A stretch of DNA of 64,000 nucleotides from Eledone cirrhosa. Taxonomy: Eukaryota. The position numbers and the translations under genes are program-made. The notes under the pieces were generated by a model. That model saw only the letters and a program-made list of their open reading frames with translations, made no database searches and was not told the origin of the DNA. Of this stretch, positions 1 to 11,471 are shown in pieces; the stretch's first letter is position 1; the number at the start of each line of letters is the position of its first letter. The stretch lies in contig OZ024741.1 of the NCBI GenBank assembly GCA_964016885.1, forward strand, positions 346,270,001 to 346,334,000. The letters run 5' to 3'.

Positions 1-897
1 TTCCACTCTCGAGTTCTATAGACGATTAGTGGTGGGCAAGTGCGAAGACGCACTCGCAGAGGCTCTGCGAGTCGACGAAGTCGAACTAACCAGTCTGTTC
101 CGGAGGACTTTCGAGCCGCGGACGATGGATAATTTCCAAAACTCCCTCACTTGGCAGTGCTACCGGGGGGCACTGCCGGTTCGAGATAAACTCTACAGGC
201 ACGGAAGTGCTGTCAGACGGACCTGCCCGAGATGCGCGCAGAGTGACGAAACCGTTCTGCACGCACTCGTCCAGTGTCCGTGCATTACTGACTAGTGCAG
301 TTCTGTCGAACAGCTGTTGTCGCGTGTAGAATGGATCCGGCTATCGGCCGAGTCCATAGTGAAGATCGACCCGCCGCCTTCTTTTGGCCAGGAAGGGCAG
401 GCAATTTTCCTCTGTCTGGTGGCAGTAGCGAAAGAGGTTGTATGGTGGACGATGTTGAAAGGACTGAAGACAGACAATTTTCTCTTCGGCCAATCCTTCA
501 TCAACTTTTTCAAGTTTCACTTGGAAAGGAAGGTGAGAGTGGAGAGAGAAGTTCTGCCCCCCCCCCGTACATTTGCTGAAAGGTGGGTGAATGTGGCGAG
601 AATGGCCCTTGTGAGTGGGCCTACTCTGGTCATGCGGCTGTAGGTGGGTAAATTTGAGGAGGAGAGGGGTGACTTTCCAGGTTGCTCTCGGAACGTCGGG
701 TCGTTCAGGATTGGTGGGGTACCTGAGCGAACCCTGGGTGGTCATCCCCACCTATTGGGGAATTTTTCTTGTTGTATTTTTATTGTTACTTTGTTATTGT
801 TATTCATATTATTTACTCGATTTTTCTGTAAAACCCCACTGTCCCAGTCTTTTGTATTGTCCCCTATATGTCGGCCCTTGTGGCCAATAAATGAAAT
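1..897 (+). mobile_element. Tx1/L1-clade LINE 3' fragment (zf-RVT-type C-terminal region plus 3' UTR)
   Basis: ORFs 29-295 and 317-643 encode WQCYRGALPVRDKL..CPRC..DETVLHALVQC..W, split by a stop. AATAAA at about 886. Homologous to the copies at 27.6 kb and 43 kb. Confidence 0.85.
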
Positions 898-1912
898 GAT
901 TATATAACTCTCCATGATACTACTACTACAGCTACTACTACTACTACTACTACTACTACTAGTAGTAGTAATAGTAGTCTTAGTTGTCACGGAAAGTTCT
1001 ATAATGATTAAAAGAAATTATAAAACATAACCGTGTTAACAATAGTTGGAATTGATCCGTTACGTTCACGAATGTAGAAAGAATAAAAGTGAAGTAAAAA
1101 GTAAAGAAACGTACATACCCTCTATTCGACAACGTGAGAAATTTGAAAATGTGTGGTATTAACACTTGAAAGCCGAAAGTATTAAAGTGAAACAATAATA
1201 AAATATATAATCAAAAACAGAAAAGAAATGTCTGCACGTTGAACAGAGAGCAAAAGAATTGGTATTTATAAAAATAATTGATACTTATAAAAAATTCAAT
1301 AGAATTTTGACATGTTTCAACACGTATTAGGTAAAAAATAATAGATTCATCCAGACTATTTTATACTTTATAGATGGTGTTGCAGTTTTCAGCTCTGAGC
1401 CAGCTTAGATACGTACTCATAGTTTCAGGTTTGAATTGTATAAACAATAAGAGAAGAGAGCATTTCTTTGTCTATAAAATTTCTACCATTCTGGGCGTTC
1501 TACTGGAGTATAAGAAAACGGAGGAGTATGTAGGCATATATAAATAGAGAAGAATATGCATACGTTCAATACAGAAACAGAGAATGATCTTCAATGTAGT
1601 TGCTGAATAAATAAACATATAGCCAGCCACCTGTCGTCATAAAAGCAAATGGAAGTCATATTGGATAATGTGGTCAAAATAGGATATATTTGATGAGAAT
1701 TGAGGAATGATGACAACAGGAATACTTTTAATCAAACATCCGTTGCATCAACGTTGGCATAATAGTAAAGTACCCACAACCAATCACATATTTACACACA
1801 CACAGATACACACACACAAATACATACATTCGTACGTAGATACATGAATACATATATTCATACATACACACGTACATAATTACATACATACACATGCATA
1901 CATACATACATA

Positions 1913-2508
1913 AATGGTGGCTGCCAACTCGTTTTCGAGTAACGCCACTAAATTATATCCATGTAGGAGAACCCTTACCGATGCGCTGAACGAGTGTGAC
2001 TTTTTAGTCCAGCCAGCGACTTGAAAACTCTGGTACAAACACTACACTTGTGACAATTATTGACACATAGTGCTAGGCCCATGGTACCATGTGGCGACAA
2101 GTGCAGAGTGATCTCCAGATATAAAGCAATGACTGTGCCGTGAAGCTTTCATAGTGAGCAAAGGCACTGCACAAAGCCAGTCCCACTCTCTTAACCAAGA
2201 TGATATTTACCAAAAAGAACAAGTCAACATCATTGGATACCATCAGGGTTGCAGGTCTTATATCAGAGTTTTCCTTCTCCTAGAATTCTGCCTTGACAAA
2301 GGCTAAGGGGGTCATCTCTCCCGGTGATTTTGGATGGCCATTGACTCTTAAGAGCTCCTTTGCTCTTTGACAGGTTTTGTTTTTAGTCCTGCAGGATGTC
2401 CAAAGTCACTCTCCTCACCAAGAAACCTTGGTGGGGTTGCCAGTTTAGTCGCCAACGACCCGACCATGAGCCAGGTTGTACTGGGATGCATGTTACCAGT
2501 TACACCAA
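1913..2508 (-). mobile_element. About 600-bp non-coding dispersed repeat, probably a non-autonomous RTE-derived element
   Basis: Inverted near-identical copy at 59425-60020. Contains a CTAGGAGAAGG motif reminiscent of RTE 5' UTRs and a terminal CTCG-AAAA-CGAG stem-loop. Confidence 0.6.
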
Positions 2509-2689
2509 CATACGTACATACATACATAAGCATGCGTGCATATATGCATACATACACTTACATGCATGAATACACTAGTACGCACACATACGTATATGCA
2601 CTAGCAAAAACTGATATATACGACTATTTTAAGATAAAAATATAAATGTTTTACTCAAGTATCTTTAAACATACATGCATATATATAGC

Positions 2690-2852
2690 TTCATGACCAC
2701 CGTTTTCAGTTTGTCTGGCCTCTATAACGTATGTTAATTGCTCTGGTCTTCTTTTAGTCCATTGAGCGCTAGCCGCATATCTCGAAAATTGCGTTTCGCT
2801 TTGTTTTTGACCACAGCCGAAATACGATCTCGCTGAAATTATATTTGTATAT
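2690..2852. repeat. Dispersed repeat, copy 1 of 3 (others at about 19245-19445 and 21603-21812)
   Basis: Shared ..GCTCTGGTCTTC..TCCATTGAGCGCT..GCGTTTCGC..CTCGCTGAAATTATATTTG core, followed by TA repeats. Confidence 0.7.
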
Positions 2853-2880
2853 ATTGCTTAAACTTTAATCTGTTATTTTA

Positions 2881-2950
<70 letters not shown>

Positions 2951-3081
2951 GTGAGGTTTTTTTTACAAAATGAAAAATAACCGAGGTGTCCTACACGAGT
3001 GGAAGTATAAAGAAAAAGGGATGAAATAGAAAATGCAACTGAAGTCTTATTTTTTTAAAAAATATATATATTTATTTGGTT

Positions 3082-3119
3082 CCTTTACCGGTTTCGCAGT
3101 TCTTCTGCTTTTCAAAAGG
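3082..3119 (-). ncRNA. Minimal type-I hammerhead ribozyme, U3-A8 core variant
   Basis: Minus strand reads CCTT-TTGAAAA-GCAG(AAGAA)CTGC-GAAAC-CG-GTA-AAGG. Confidence 0.7.
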
Positions 3120-3641
3120 TGAGTTGAGATGGAGGGTCTGTGGTTTTTCTCACATCTGGTTGGTCTCTAAATGTTACTTGTTTTATATGGAAAAAGTGGC
3201 TCGAAAACCAGGTTTTTCGAGAAGTAATTTGATTGGTTTGTCAATAATTATAATAAATTTCGCGCCAGTTCGCGTTACAATAGTTCTTCAAATAAGAGAG
3301 GGGGGGGGGGGGGGGGGGTTGTCACAGGTTGTTTTTTCATATATGAGTGTTTGAATTTCTTTTTACTTGAAAAAATGAGGCTCACGAAGGCTTTTTTTTG
3401 GTTGGTTATAAATGAAATTTGGCTGTCACGTGAACAAGTTTTCATTACATTTTTGCGCCCTTATTTGGAAAACTATTCTGTAGTCTTTATAGTGAATGTT
3501 ATGACAATGGAGAGATAGAGGTCAAGGGAAAAGGGATTGGAAGAAATGTTCTGGTTCAGTGAATATGGGCAGCTGTCAGAGTTCAGGTGTCAGAGTTCAG
3601 ATTTTCTATTGAGACTGAAGATATGTGTTTATTTGTGTGCC

Positions 3642-3674
<33 letters not shown>

Positions 3675-3926
3675 ATGTGTGTATTGGAAGATGATTCTAT
3701 TAGTAGAGATGGGGGAGGGAGTTGTGTGTGTATATGGGTGTTATGTGTGTGTGTACGAGTATGTTAGATAGAGAGAATATATATTTTGTGTGTGTGTATA
3801 TATATATGTGTGTAGGAAAGTGGTTCTATTAGTAGAAATGGGGTGGATGTTGTAGGTGTGGGGGTTGTTATGTGTGTGTATGGGTGTTATGTGTGTGGGA
3901 GTATGGTTAGCATGTTAAGATGAAGA

Positions 3927-3961
<35 letters not shown>

Positions 3962-4237
3962 GTGTGTGTGTATGTGTGTGTGTAGGAAAATGATTCCTTT
4001 AGTAGGAATATTTTTGAATGAACATATTTTCCTGACTTTTTCGTGTTTGCTGTTGTATTGCCAGTGCAAACGTATGTTTAAGGTTTATTTAGTTCGGGCT
4101 TTTATTTTCTAAAGTAGAAGGTGTTATGTGTGTGTGTGTGTATGTCATATTGTGGTGTTGACATAATGTATATTAAACCTTATTTAATGTTGGTCTATAT
4201 TTTTGAATAAACATATTTTCCTTATTTATTCGCATTT

Positions 4238-5182
4238 GAAGATCAACTCCCATTTCTGGACATCTTAATCACAAAAAAAGACACAAATATCGAAACTGAC
4301 ATACACTACAAGCCAACAGATTCCAAACAATATCTGCTATTCACCTCCAACCATCCAAAGCACACGAAGACGAACATTCCTTTTAACCTAGCAAGAAGAA
4401 TTTGCACAATTGTCTCCAATTATGAAACGCGAAATAAAAGACTTCAAGAATTAAAGGAAATTCTACTTGAGAGAGAGTACCCACTATTACTAATAAATAA
4501 TGGAATAGAAAGGGCTAAAGCAATAGGCATTGATGAATTACGGAAACAGAAACAAATTCAAGGTACGTCCAATATTCTATCATATATCTCAACACACAAC
4601 CCAAGAAATGCGGAAGCTTACAACACTATTCACAATAACATCCCACTACTAAAACAAAACCCAAGAATGAAAAAAGCCCTTGAAACATACAAAATAATCA
4701 AAAGCAAAAGACAACCAAAATCACTGAAAACATTACTCACCAATGCCAAATTACCTACCACAAACCCACAACCAAGTATCAAAAAATGTGGTCGCTCTAA
4801 TTGTGGAACCTGCACTCACCTCATTGAAGGCAACACGTATACATTTAAATCAGGACAAAATTTTACTGTAAAAAATCACTTCACTTGCTCATCAAAAAAT
4901 CTAATTTATGCCATTAAATGTAAAGGATGCAATGAAGATTATATAGGACAAACTAAACTCACACTCAGAAACAGAATGACAGTTCATCGCCAACAATTAC
5001 GAGATCCAACCACGAGACAAATACCACTAAGTGCACATCTAGACATTTGCGCAAGTAATAAGACACCCAAATTCCAAGTCTTCCCATTTTACCTTTGCGC
5101 TAACAATACAACAGAACAAATGCGAATAAATAAGGAAAATATGTTTATTCAAAAATATAGACCAACATTAAATAAGGTTTAA
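4238..5182 (+). CDS. PLE ORF C-terminal part: RT end/thumb plus GIY-YIG endonuclease (5'-truncated, no start codon)
   Basis: Frame is open from 4238: LPFLDI..YKPTDSKQYL..SNHPKH..IPFNLARRI..CGRSNCGTC..NLIYAIKC..C..DYIGQT..LRNRM..H. Confidence 0.9.
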   Translation, partial: EDQLPFLDILITKKDTNIETDIHYKPTDSKQYLLFTSNHPKHTKTNIPFNLARRICTIVSNYETRNKRLQELKEILLEREYPLLLINNGIERAKAIGIDELRKQKQIQGTSNILSYISTHNPRNAEAYNTIHNNIPLLKQNPRMKKALETYKIIKSKRQPKSLKTLLTNAKLPTTNPQPSIKKCGRSNCGTCTHLIEGNTYTFKSGQNFTVKNHFTCSSKNLIYAIKCKGCNEDYIGQTKLTLRNRMTVHRQQLRDPTTRQIPLSAHLDICASNKTPKFQVFPFYLCANNTTEQMRINKENMFIQKYRPTLNKV

Positions 5183-5393
5183 TATACATTATGTCAACAC
5201 CACAATATGACATACACACACACACACATAACACCTTCTACTTTAGAAAATAAAAGCCCGAACTAAATAAACCTTAAACATACGTTTGCACTGGCAATAC
5301 AACAGCAAACACGAAAAAGTCAGGAAAATATGTTCATTCAAAAATATTCCTACTAAAGGAATCATTTTCCTACACACACACATACACACACAC

Positions 5394-5424
<31 letters not shown>

Positions 5425-5684
5425 TCTCTTCATCTTAACATGCTAACCATACTCCCACACACATAACACCCATACACACACATAACAACCCCCACACCTA
5501 CAACACCCTCCCCATTTCTACTAATAGAACCACTTTCCTACACACATATATATATACACACACACAAAATATATATTCTCTCTATCTAACATACTCGCAC
5601 ACACACACACATAACACCCATATACACACACACACAACTCCCTCCCCCATCTCTACTAATAGAATCATATTCCAATACACACAT

Positions 5685-5715
<31 letters not shown>

Positions 5716-6232
5716 AGCACACAAATAAACACATATCTTCAGTCTCAATAGAAAATCTGAACTCTGACACCTGAACTCTGACAGCTGGCCATATTCACTG
5801 AACCAGAACATTTCTTCCAATCCCTTTTCCCTTGACCTCTATCTCTCCATTGTCATAACATTCACTATAAAGACTACAGAATAGTTTTCCAAATAAGGGC
5901 GCAAAAATGTAATGAAAACTTGTTCACGTGACAGCCAAATTTCATTTATAACCAACCAAAAAAAAGCCTTCGTGAGCCTCATTTTTTCAAGTAAAAAGAA
6001 ATTCAAACACTCATATATGAAAAAAACAACCTGTGACAAACCCCCCCCCCCCTCTCTTATTTGAAGAACTATTGTAACGCGAACTGGCGCGAAATTTATT
6101 ATAATTATTGACAAACCAATCAAATTACTTCTCGAAAAACCTGGTTTTCGAGCCACTTTTTCCATATAAAACAAGTAACATTTAGAGACCAACCAGATGT
6201 GAAAAAAACCACAGACCCTCCATCTCAACTCA

Positions 6233-6270
6233 CCTTTTGAAAAGCAGAAGAAGTGCGAAACCGGTAAAGG
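6233..6270 (+). ncRNA. Minimal type-I hammerhead ribozyme, U3-A8 variant (copy in the sense pLTR)
   Basis: CCTT-TTGAAAA-GCAG(AAGAA)GTGC-GAAAC-CG-GTA-AAGG, with one stem II mismatch. Confidence 0.65.
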
Positions 6271-6342
6271 AACCAAATAAATATATATATTTAAAAAAAA
6301 ATTAATAAGACTTCAGTTGCATTTTCGATTTCATTCCTTTTT

Positions 6343-6436
<94 letters not shown>

Positions 6437-6451
6437 ATATATATATATATA

Positions 6452-6771
6452 TATAAACTAATATGTATGTGATGAAACACAGATACCAACACATCTGTAT
6501 ATATATTGCAAACTTACTTAACTCGAAACATATTTGGATTTTAAAGTTTAAACTTATCTACGGAACAGGTTTGATTTTGAAATTTAAATGTGTCTAAACA
6601 TCATAGCCTCTTGGCAATACAGTTCGTCTTTGTTGATTTATTATTTTAAATCGATATGGACAAACTGTAGTATAATAATTAGTATACTTCTATCTGGCTA
6701 AATTTTTCTTTTGCAATATATATACAGATGTGTTGGTATCTGTGTTTCATCACATACATATTAGTTTATAC
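6452..6771. repeat. About 60-bp inverted repeat (6452-6512 and 6710-6771) within a short insert between (TA)n tracts
   Basis: TATAAACTAATATGTATGTGATGAAACACAGATACC... and its exact reverse complement. Confidence 0.85.
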
Positions 6772-6861
6772 ACGGCTCAGGGGGTATTTTCCTCCTTCGA
6801 GCTAATTCCATTGTAAAAGAATTCATTATCTTATTAATATATATATATATATATATATATT

Positions 6862-6917
<56 letters not shown>

Positions 6918-7184
6918 GGGGGGGGGGTGTATATATATATATATATATATATATTAGATATTAGTTTAACAATGATAATAATAACAAAGGCAAGTTATTT
7001 TACATATTTCTTTCATTGCTTTACGATCGTTTCCGAGGTTGATCATATTGATATATTGACTGATCTATAGCAGTTAGAATACTATCATATGGGTTCGATC
7101 ATATCGTCTTCTTCTTCTGCTAACGGATTACATTGAGTTCTAACTAAGGTATGTACCCTACCACGAAAGGTAGACCCCATTTAA

Positions 7185-7270
<86 letters not shown>

Positions 7271-7423
7271 TATTTATTTATTTATATATATAAATATATA
7301 TACATATATATATATACATATATATATATATATGTATGTAAAAGGTAAACAGAAATAAGAACACAATCGGTACACTATATGGAAGGAATATACTAGCTTA
7401 ACGCTTGAAATAGCAGGAAGAGG

Positions 7424-7460
7424 CTCCTAACGTTTCGGACGCTAGTCCTTCATCAGAAGA
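7424..7460 (-). ncRNA. Minimal hammerhead ribozyme
   Basis: TCTT-CTGATGA-AGGAC(TAGC)GTCC-GAAACGTTA-GGAG. Palindromic AACGTT stem III; stem I is weak. Confidence 0.75.
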
Positions 7461-7550
7461 AAGAATGACAAATAAGATAGATTGAAGGGACGGGTGGAAT
7501 TGGAAGAAAGTCTTCAGATAAAAATAACAGGTCCATTCTTGTTGACATCT

Positions 7551-7596
<46 letters not shown>

Positions 7597-7833
7597 GACA
7601 TATACGCGCGGGCGCACACACATGCGCACGCACACACAGACACACACACGTATATCTATATATCTAGGGAATGCGGGAGATATGGTGGAAGGTAAATACA
7701 AAAGGAGAGACAAATATTCATTCATAAGGCAAATATTCATTTAAATATTATATCTAGTAGAATTTATTCATTTATTCGTAGTTCCAGGTTTATGTCAATT
7801 CTGATGGAATGCAACAAGAAAAATGTTCGTATA

Positions 7834-7904
<71 letters not shown>

Positions 7905-7931
7905 GTCTCTCTCTCTCCCCCTCTCTCTCTC

Positions 7932-8001
<70 letters not shown>

Positions 8002-8396
8002 AAACGTAAATATACATGCATATATAACTATATATTCGACATAAATCTTGAACTACGAATAGTTGAAAATCCACAAGATTTAAAAATATATGAATATTTG
8101 TCTTGTCTCTACCTTTCCTCTCTCATATGCCGAACCACTTCAGTACTGGATGGACGTGCATTGCCGCCGGCATATCAGAATGATTGCATAACTACACTAA
8201 TGATTGTTTAAAAATCTGAGAAAGTCACATGAATAACCATGTAACAGAAATATATATAATGCAATAAACAATTATGGTGATTTAATACCGTCTTAACTAC
8301 CTATCTGGAATAAACTACTGACGTGTAGTCCTTTGATCGCTAGGACCGGCTTATTATCAGGAACTTACTACGTAACAACTAAGATAAACAACACTG

Positions 8397-8435
<39 letters not shown>

Positions 8436-8843
8436 AACAGTTATGAAACGTAAGGAGCTGTGTGGTTACTAAAAACAAGGTTTAGGGTGTTGGTTAGGAC
8501 GGAACAGGAGGAGAAAGGAAGAAAGCAGTTTCCATCGACAGCTGTAAATGTTTCCTGAACCGATGTTTCGGCGCTTAATTACAGGACATCGGTGTAGTTC
8601 GGGTGCACCTGAGGCCTTATATTAATCAAAAGGCCAGGTGGAAAAGGAGAGAGAAAGAGAGAAAAAAAGTGGAGAAAAAAGGAGAGAGAAAAGGAAAGAG
8701 AGGGAAAGGAGGAAGAACAGGGGGGAAAAAGATGAGAGAGGAAGAAAGGGGAAAGGGGGAAAAATTAGGAAAGGAATAGATTTAAAAAAAAAGTGTACAG
8801 GTCCCATCATGGGAAGACACAGGTGAAAGAAACATGCAAAAAA

Positions 8844-8899
<56 letters not shown>

Positions 8900-9347
8900 G
8901 TGCGCGTATGTTTAGTGCCATTTTCTACTAATTTCCACCTTGACAAAATCGCTACCTTCGATGTGTAGTCTAGAAGGCATGTAATATATTGCAACTATCT
9001 TGTTTCGCTGACAATATCAATGAAATAATATATAAACCAATGAAATTGATTAGTTAATTACTTATATGCAGCCGCTGTCGAGTTGAAAAAATTATGGCTT
9101 ATTGTCTGCAGCGTTAGATTAGATTGTTTATAGCACTTAAAAACAGACGATGGCGTTAATATTATCCAAGTGAATTGACCAAGCATTACAGCGCCGGTCA
9201 CTAACTCAAATTCACACGCATATATGTATGTATATATGCATGCATATATATGTATGTATGTATGTATGTATATATGTATGTATGAATGTATGTATTTATG
9301 CATATATGTTTGTATATATGAATGATTGTATGTATGTATATAGAAAT

Positions 9348-9677
9348 AGTCGAGCTGGATACCGATTGCGCTGTTAAACCACTGGGAGTGAAGGACCCCT
9401 AGCTTTTGTCAAGGCATACCTCTAGGAGAAGGCAACTCAGGAAACAGGGATAACTCCGACATAAAACCTGCGGCTCAGTAGTTACCGATGATGTTGATCT
9501 TTTCTTCTATTCGGGTTATAGCTAGTGTCGCTCAGAGAGTGGGATTAGCTGAGTGCACAGTCTTTCCTCACTTAAAAAAAAATCTTCACGTACAGGCATT
9601 GTACAATAGCATTAATTGATAATTATTAACAATGTTATATCGAGCAATGGCCATACTCGATAACGAGGGGGCAACCA
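9348..9677 (+). mobile_element. Non-coding repeat related to the RTE-like elements at 1.9, 24.1 and 59.4 kb
   Basis: CCCCTAGCTTTTGTCAAGGCA..CTAGGAGAAGG, and a terminal GGCCATACTCGATAACGAG. Confidence 0.55.
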
Positions 9678-9701
9678 ACACACACACACACACGCACACG
9701 C

Positions 9702-9742
<41 letters not shown>

Positions 9743-9761
9743 CATATATATCTATATATCC

Positions 9762-9805
<44 letters not shown>

Positions 9806-9813
<8 letters not shown>

Positions 9814-10743
9814 TAAATCATGTCCCTAGAATTATTAGATAAACTATATACAATTTCCTCTCCCAATTAGCATAATTAACCATATAAAAATCAATTAGAC
9901 CAGGCTATAAGAATAAAGTCTCCTATGAAGAAATATTTGATAAATAACCGAAAGCAGCCTCTTCGCGGTTGACCACAATAGAGTATTTACCCAACATTTC
10001 AACACCATGTAGAAACTGACAAATTATATCGTCAACCATACACAATTAGGTATAAATTTAAGGTTAGAAGAAATGTTCACATACCGTAATTAAATCTCTA
10101 CCATGGTTTCGTTCGTATTTTGAGATTTCCTATTAAGGATAAATCTCGAGTATCGAAATCATCAGGAGACAAACTCAATAGGACAGTTAATATTCCAAAG
10201 CGATCGCGCCAGAAATAGATTTTAAAAATGGCTAAGAATCGTGACGTGGCAGTGGTCAAGTTAGAAAGAATGTGATTAGTTGCTTACGGCGAGTAGGCTG
10301 GTTGCTAGAAAGCGCAGGCCAATATCGCCCAAATTGCATCTCAACCCAACGGGAGATTATTAAAGTCACAGATATATGTGGCAACCGTTTACGATGTGGC
10401 TCAATGAAGAATTAATAAATTAAATAATCAGAGCAATATATCATAAATCAGGTCCCTAGAATTATTAGATAAAATATATACAATTTCCTCTCCCAATTAG
10501 CATAATTATCCATATAAAAATCAATTAGACCAGGCTATAAGAATAAAGGCTTCTATGAAGAAATATCTGATAAATAACCGAAAGCAGCCTTTTCGCGGTT
10601 GACCACAATAGAGTATTTACCCAACATTTCAACACCATGTAGAAACTGACCAAATATATCGTCAACCATACACAATTAGGTATAAATTTAAAGTTAGAAG
10701 AAATGTGCACATACCGTAATTAAATCTCTACCATGGTTTCGTT

Positions 10744-10748
<5 letters not shown>
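9806..10748 (-). mobile_element. Retrozyme/pLTR-like unit: 630-bp monomer plus about 310-bp partial tandem copy
   Basis: 9806-10118 repeats directly at 10436-10748, contains an HHR and is flanked by (TA)n on both sides. Confidence 0.75.
10095..10169 (-). ncRNA. Type-I hammerhead ribozyme
   Basis: TCTC-CTGATGA-long stem II (TTCG..GAGATTT..AAATCTC..CGAA)-GAAAC-CATG-GTA-GAGA. Confidence 0.85.
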
Positions 10749-10819
<71 letters not shown>

Positions 10820-10824
<5 letters not shown>

Positions 10825-11332
10825 GTAAAGTTATATTTAAAATTGTTGGGTTACAACTAGTAAATATTTATAACTGATATAAAAGCACTCGACAAATACT
10901 TGGAGTATATTTACAATATTAAATAAATGGAAAACTATATTTAAGTAATCTTAAAGAATTCCATTTTTCAGTTATAATATAAAGCGCTCAACAGTATTGG
11001 AGCAAGATACATGTAAAGTTATATTTAAAATTGTTGGGTTACAACTAGTAAATATTTATAACTGATATAAAAGCACTCGACAAATACTTGGAGTATATTT
11101 ACAATATTAAATAAATGGAAAACTATATTTAAGTAATCTTAAATATTGTAAATATACTCCAAGTATTTGTCGAGTGCTTTTATATCAGTTATAAATATTT
11201 ACTAGTTGTAACCCAACAATTTTAAATATAACTTTACATGTATCTTGCTCCAATACTGTTGAGCGCTTTATATTATAACTGAAAAATGGAATTCTTTAAG
11301 ATTACTTAAATATAGTTTTCCATTTATTTAAT
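10820..11332. repeat. About 188-bp unit, partial tandem copy (11008-11143), then inverted permuted copy (11140-11332)
   Basis: Direct sequence comparison. The unit resembles 61990-62100, which lies next to an HHR. Confidence 0.85.
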
Positions 11333-11333
11333 A

Positions 11334-11396
<63 letters not shown>

Positions 11397-11471
11397 ACTT
11401 TGAAATGTTTTGGCCAGTATTGGCTCAGGCCATGTCTAACTTAATAGCACCACCTGGCGAAGTCTTTCAAT

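Larger units (their letters stand above)
3005..6348 (+). mobile_element. 5'-truncated Penelope-like element with about 1.23-kb inverted pLTRs (3005-4238 and 5117-6348)
   Basis: The two arms are near-identical reverse complements, enclose an RT-thumb/GIY-YIG frame and are flanked by (TA)n. Confidence 0.93.

Noticed and set aside
3076-3354. Duplicated hydrophobic ORF (also 5839-6276)
   Set aside because: It is the antisense reading of a PLE pLTR with no protein motif.
7018-7130. Hammerhead on the minus strand (GAAAC-GATC-GTA)
   Set aside because: No convincing CUGANGA or stem I; at best a decayed copy.
8295-8360. Twister-like GCCGGTCC motif on the minus strand
   Set aside because: It lacks the rest of the twister consensus and the pseudoknot pairings.
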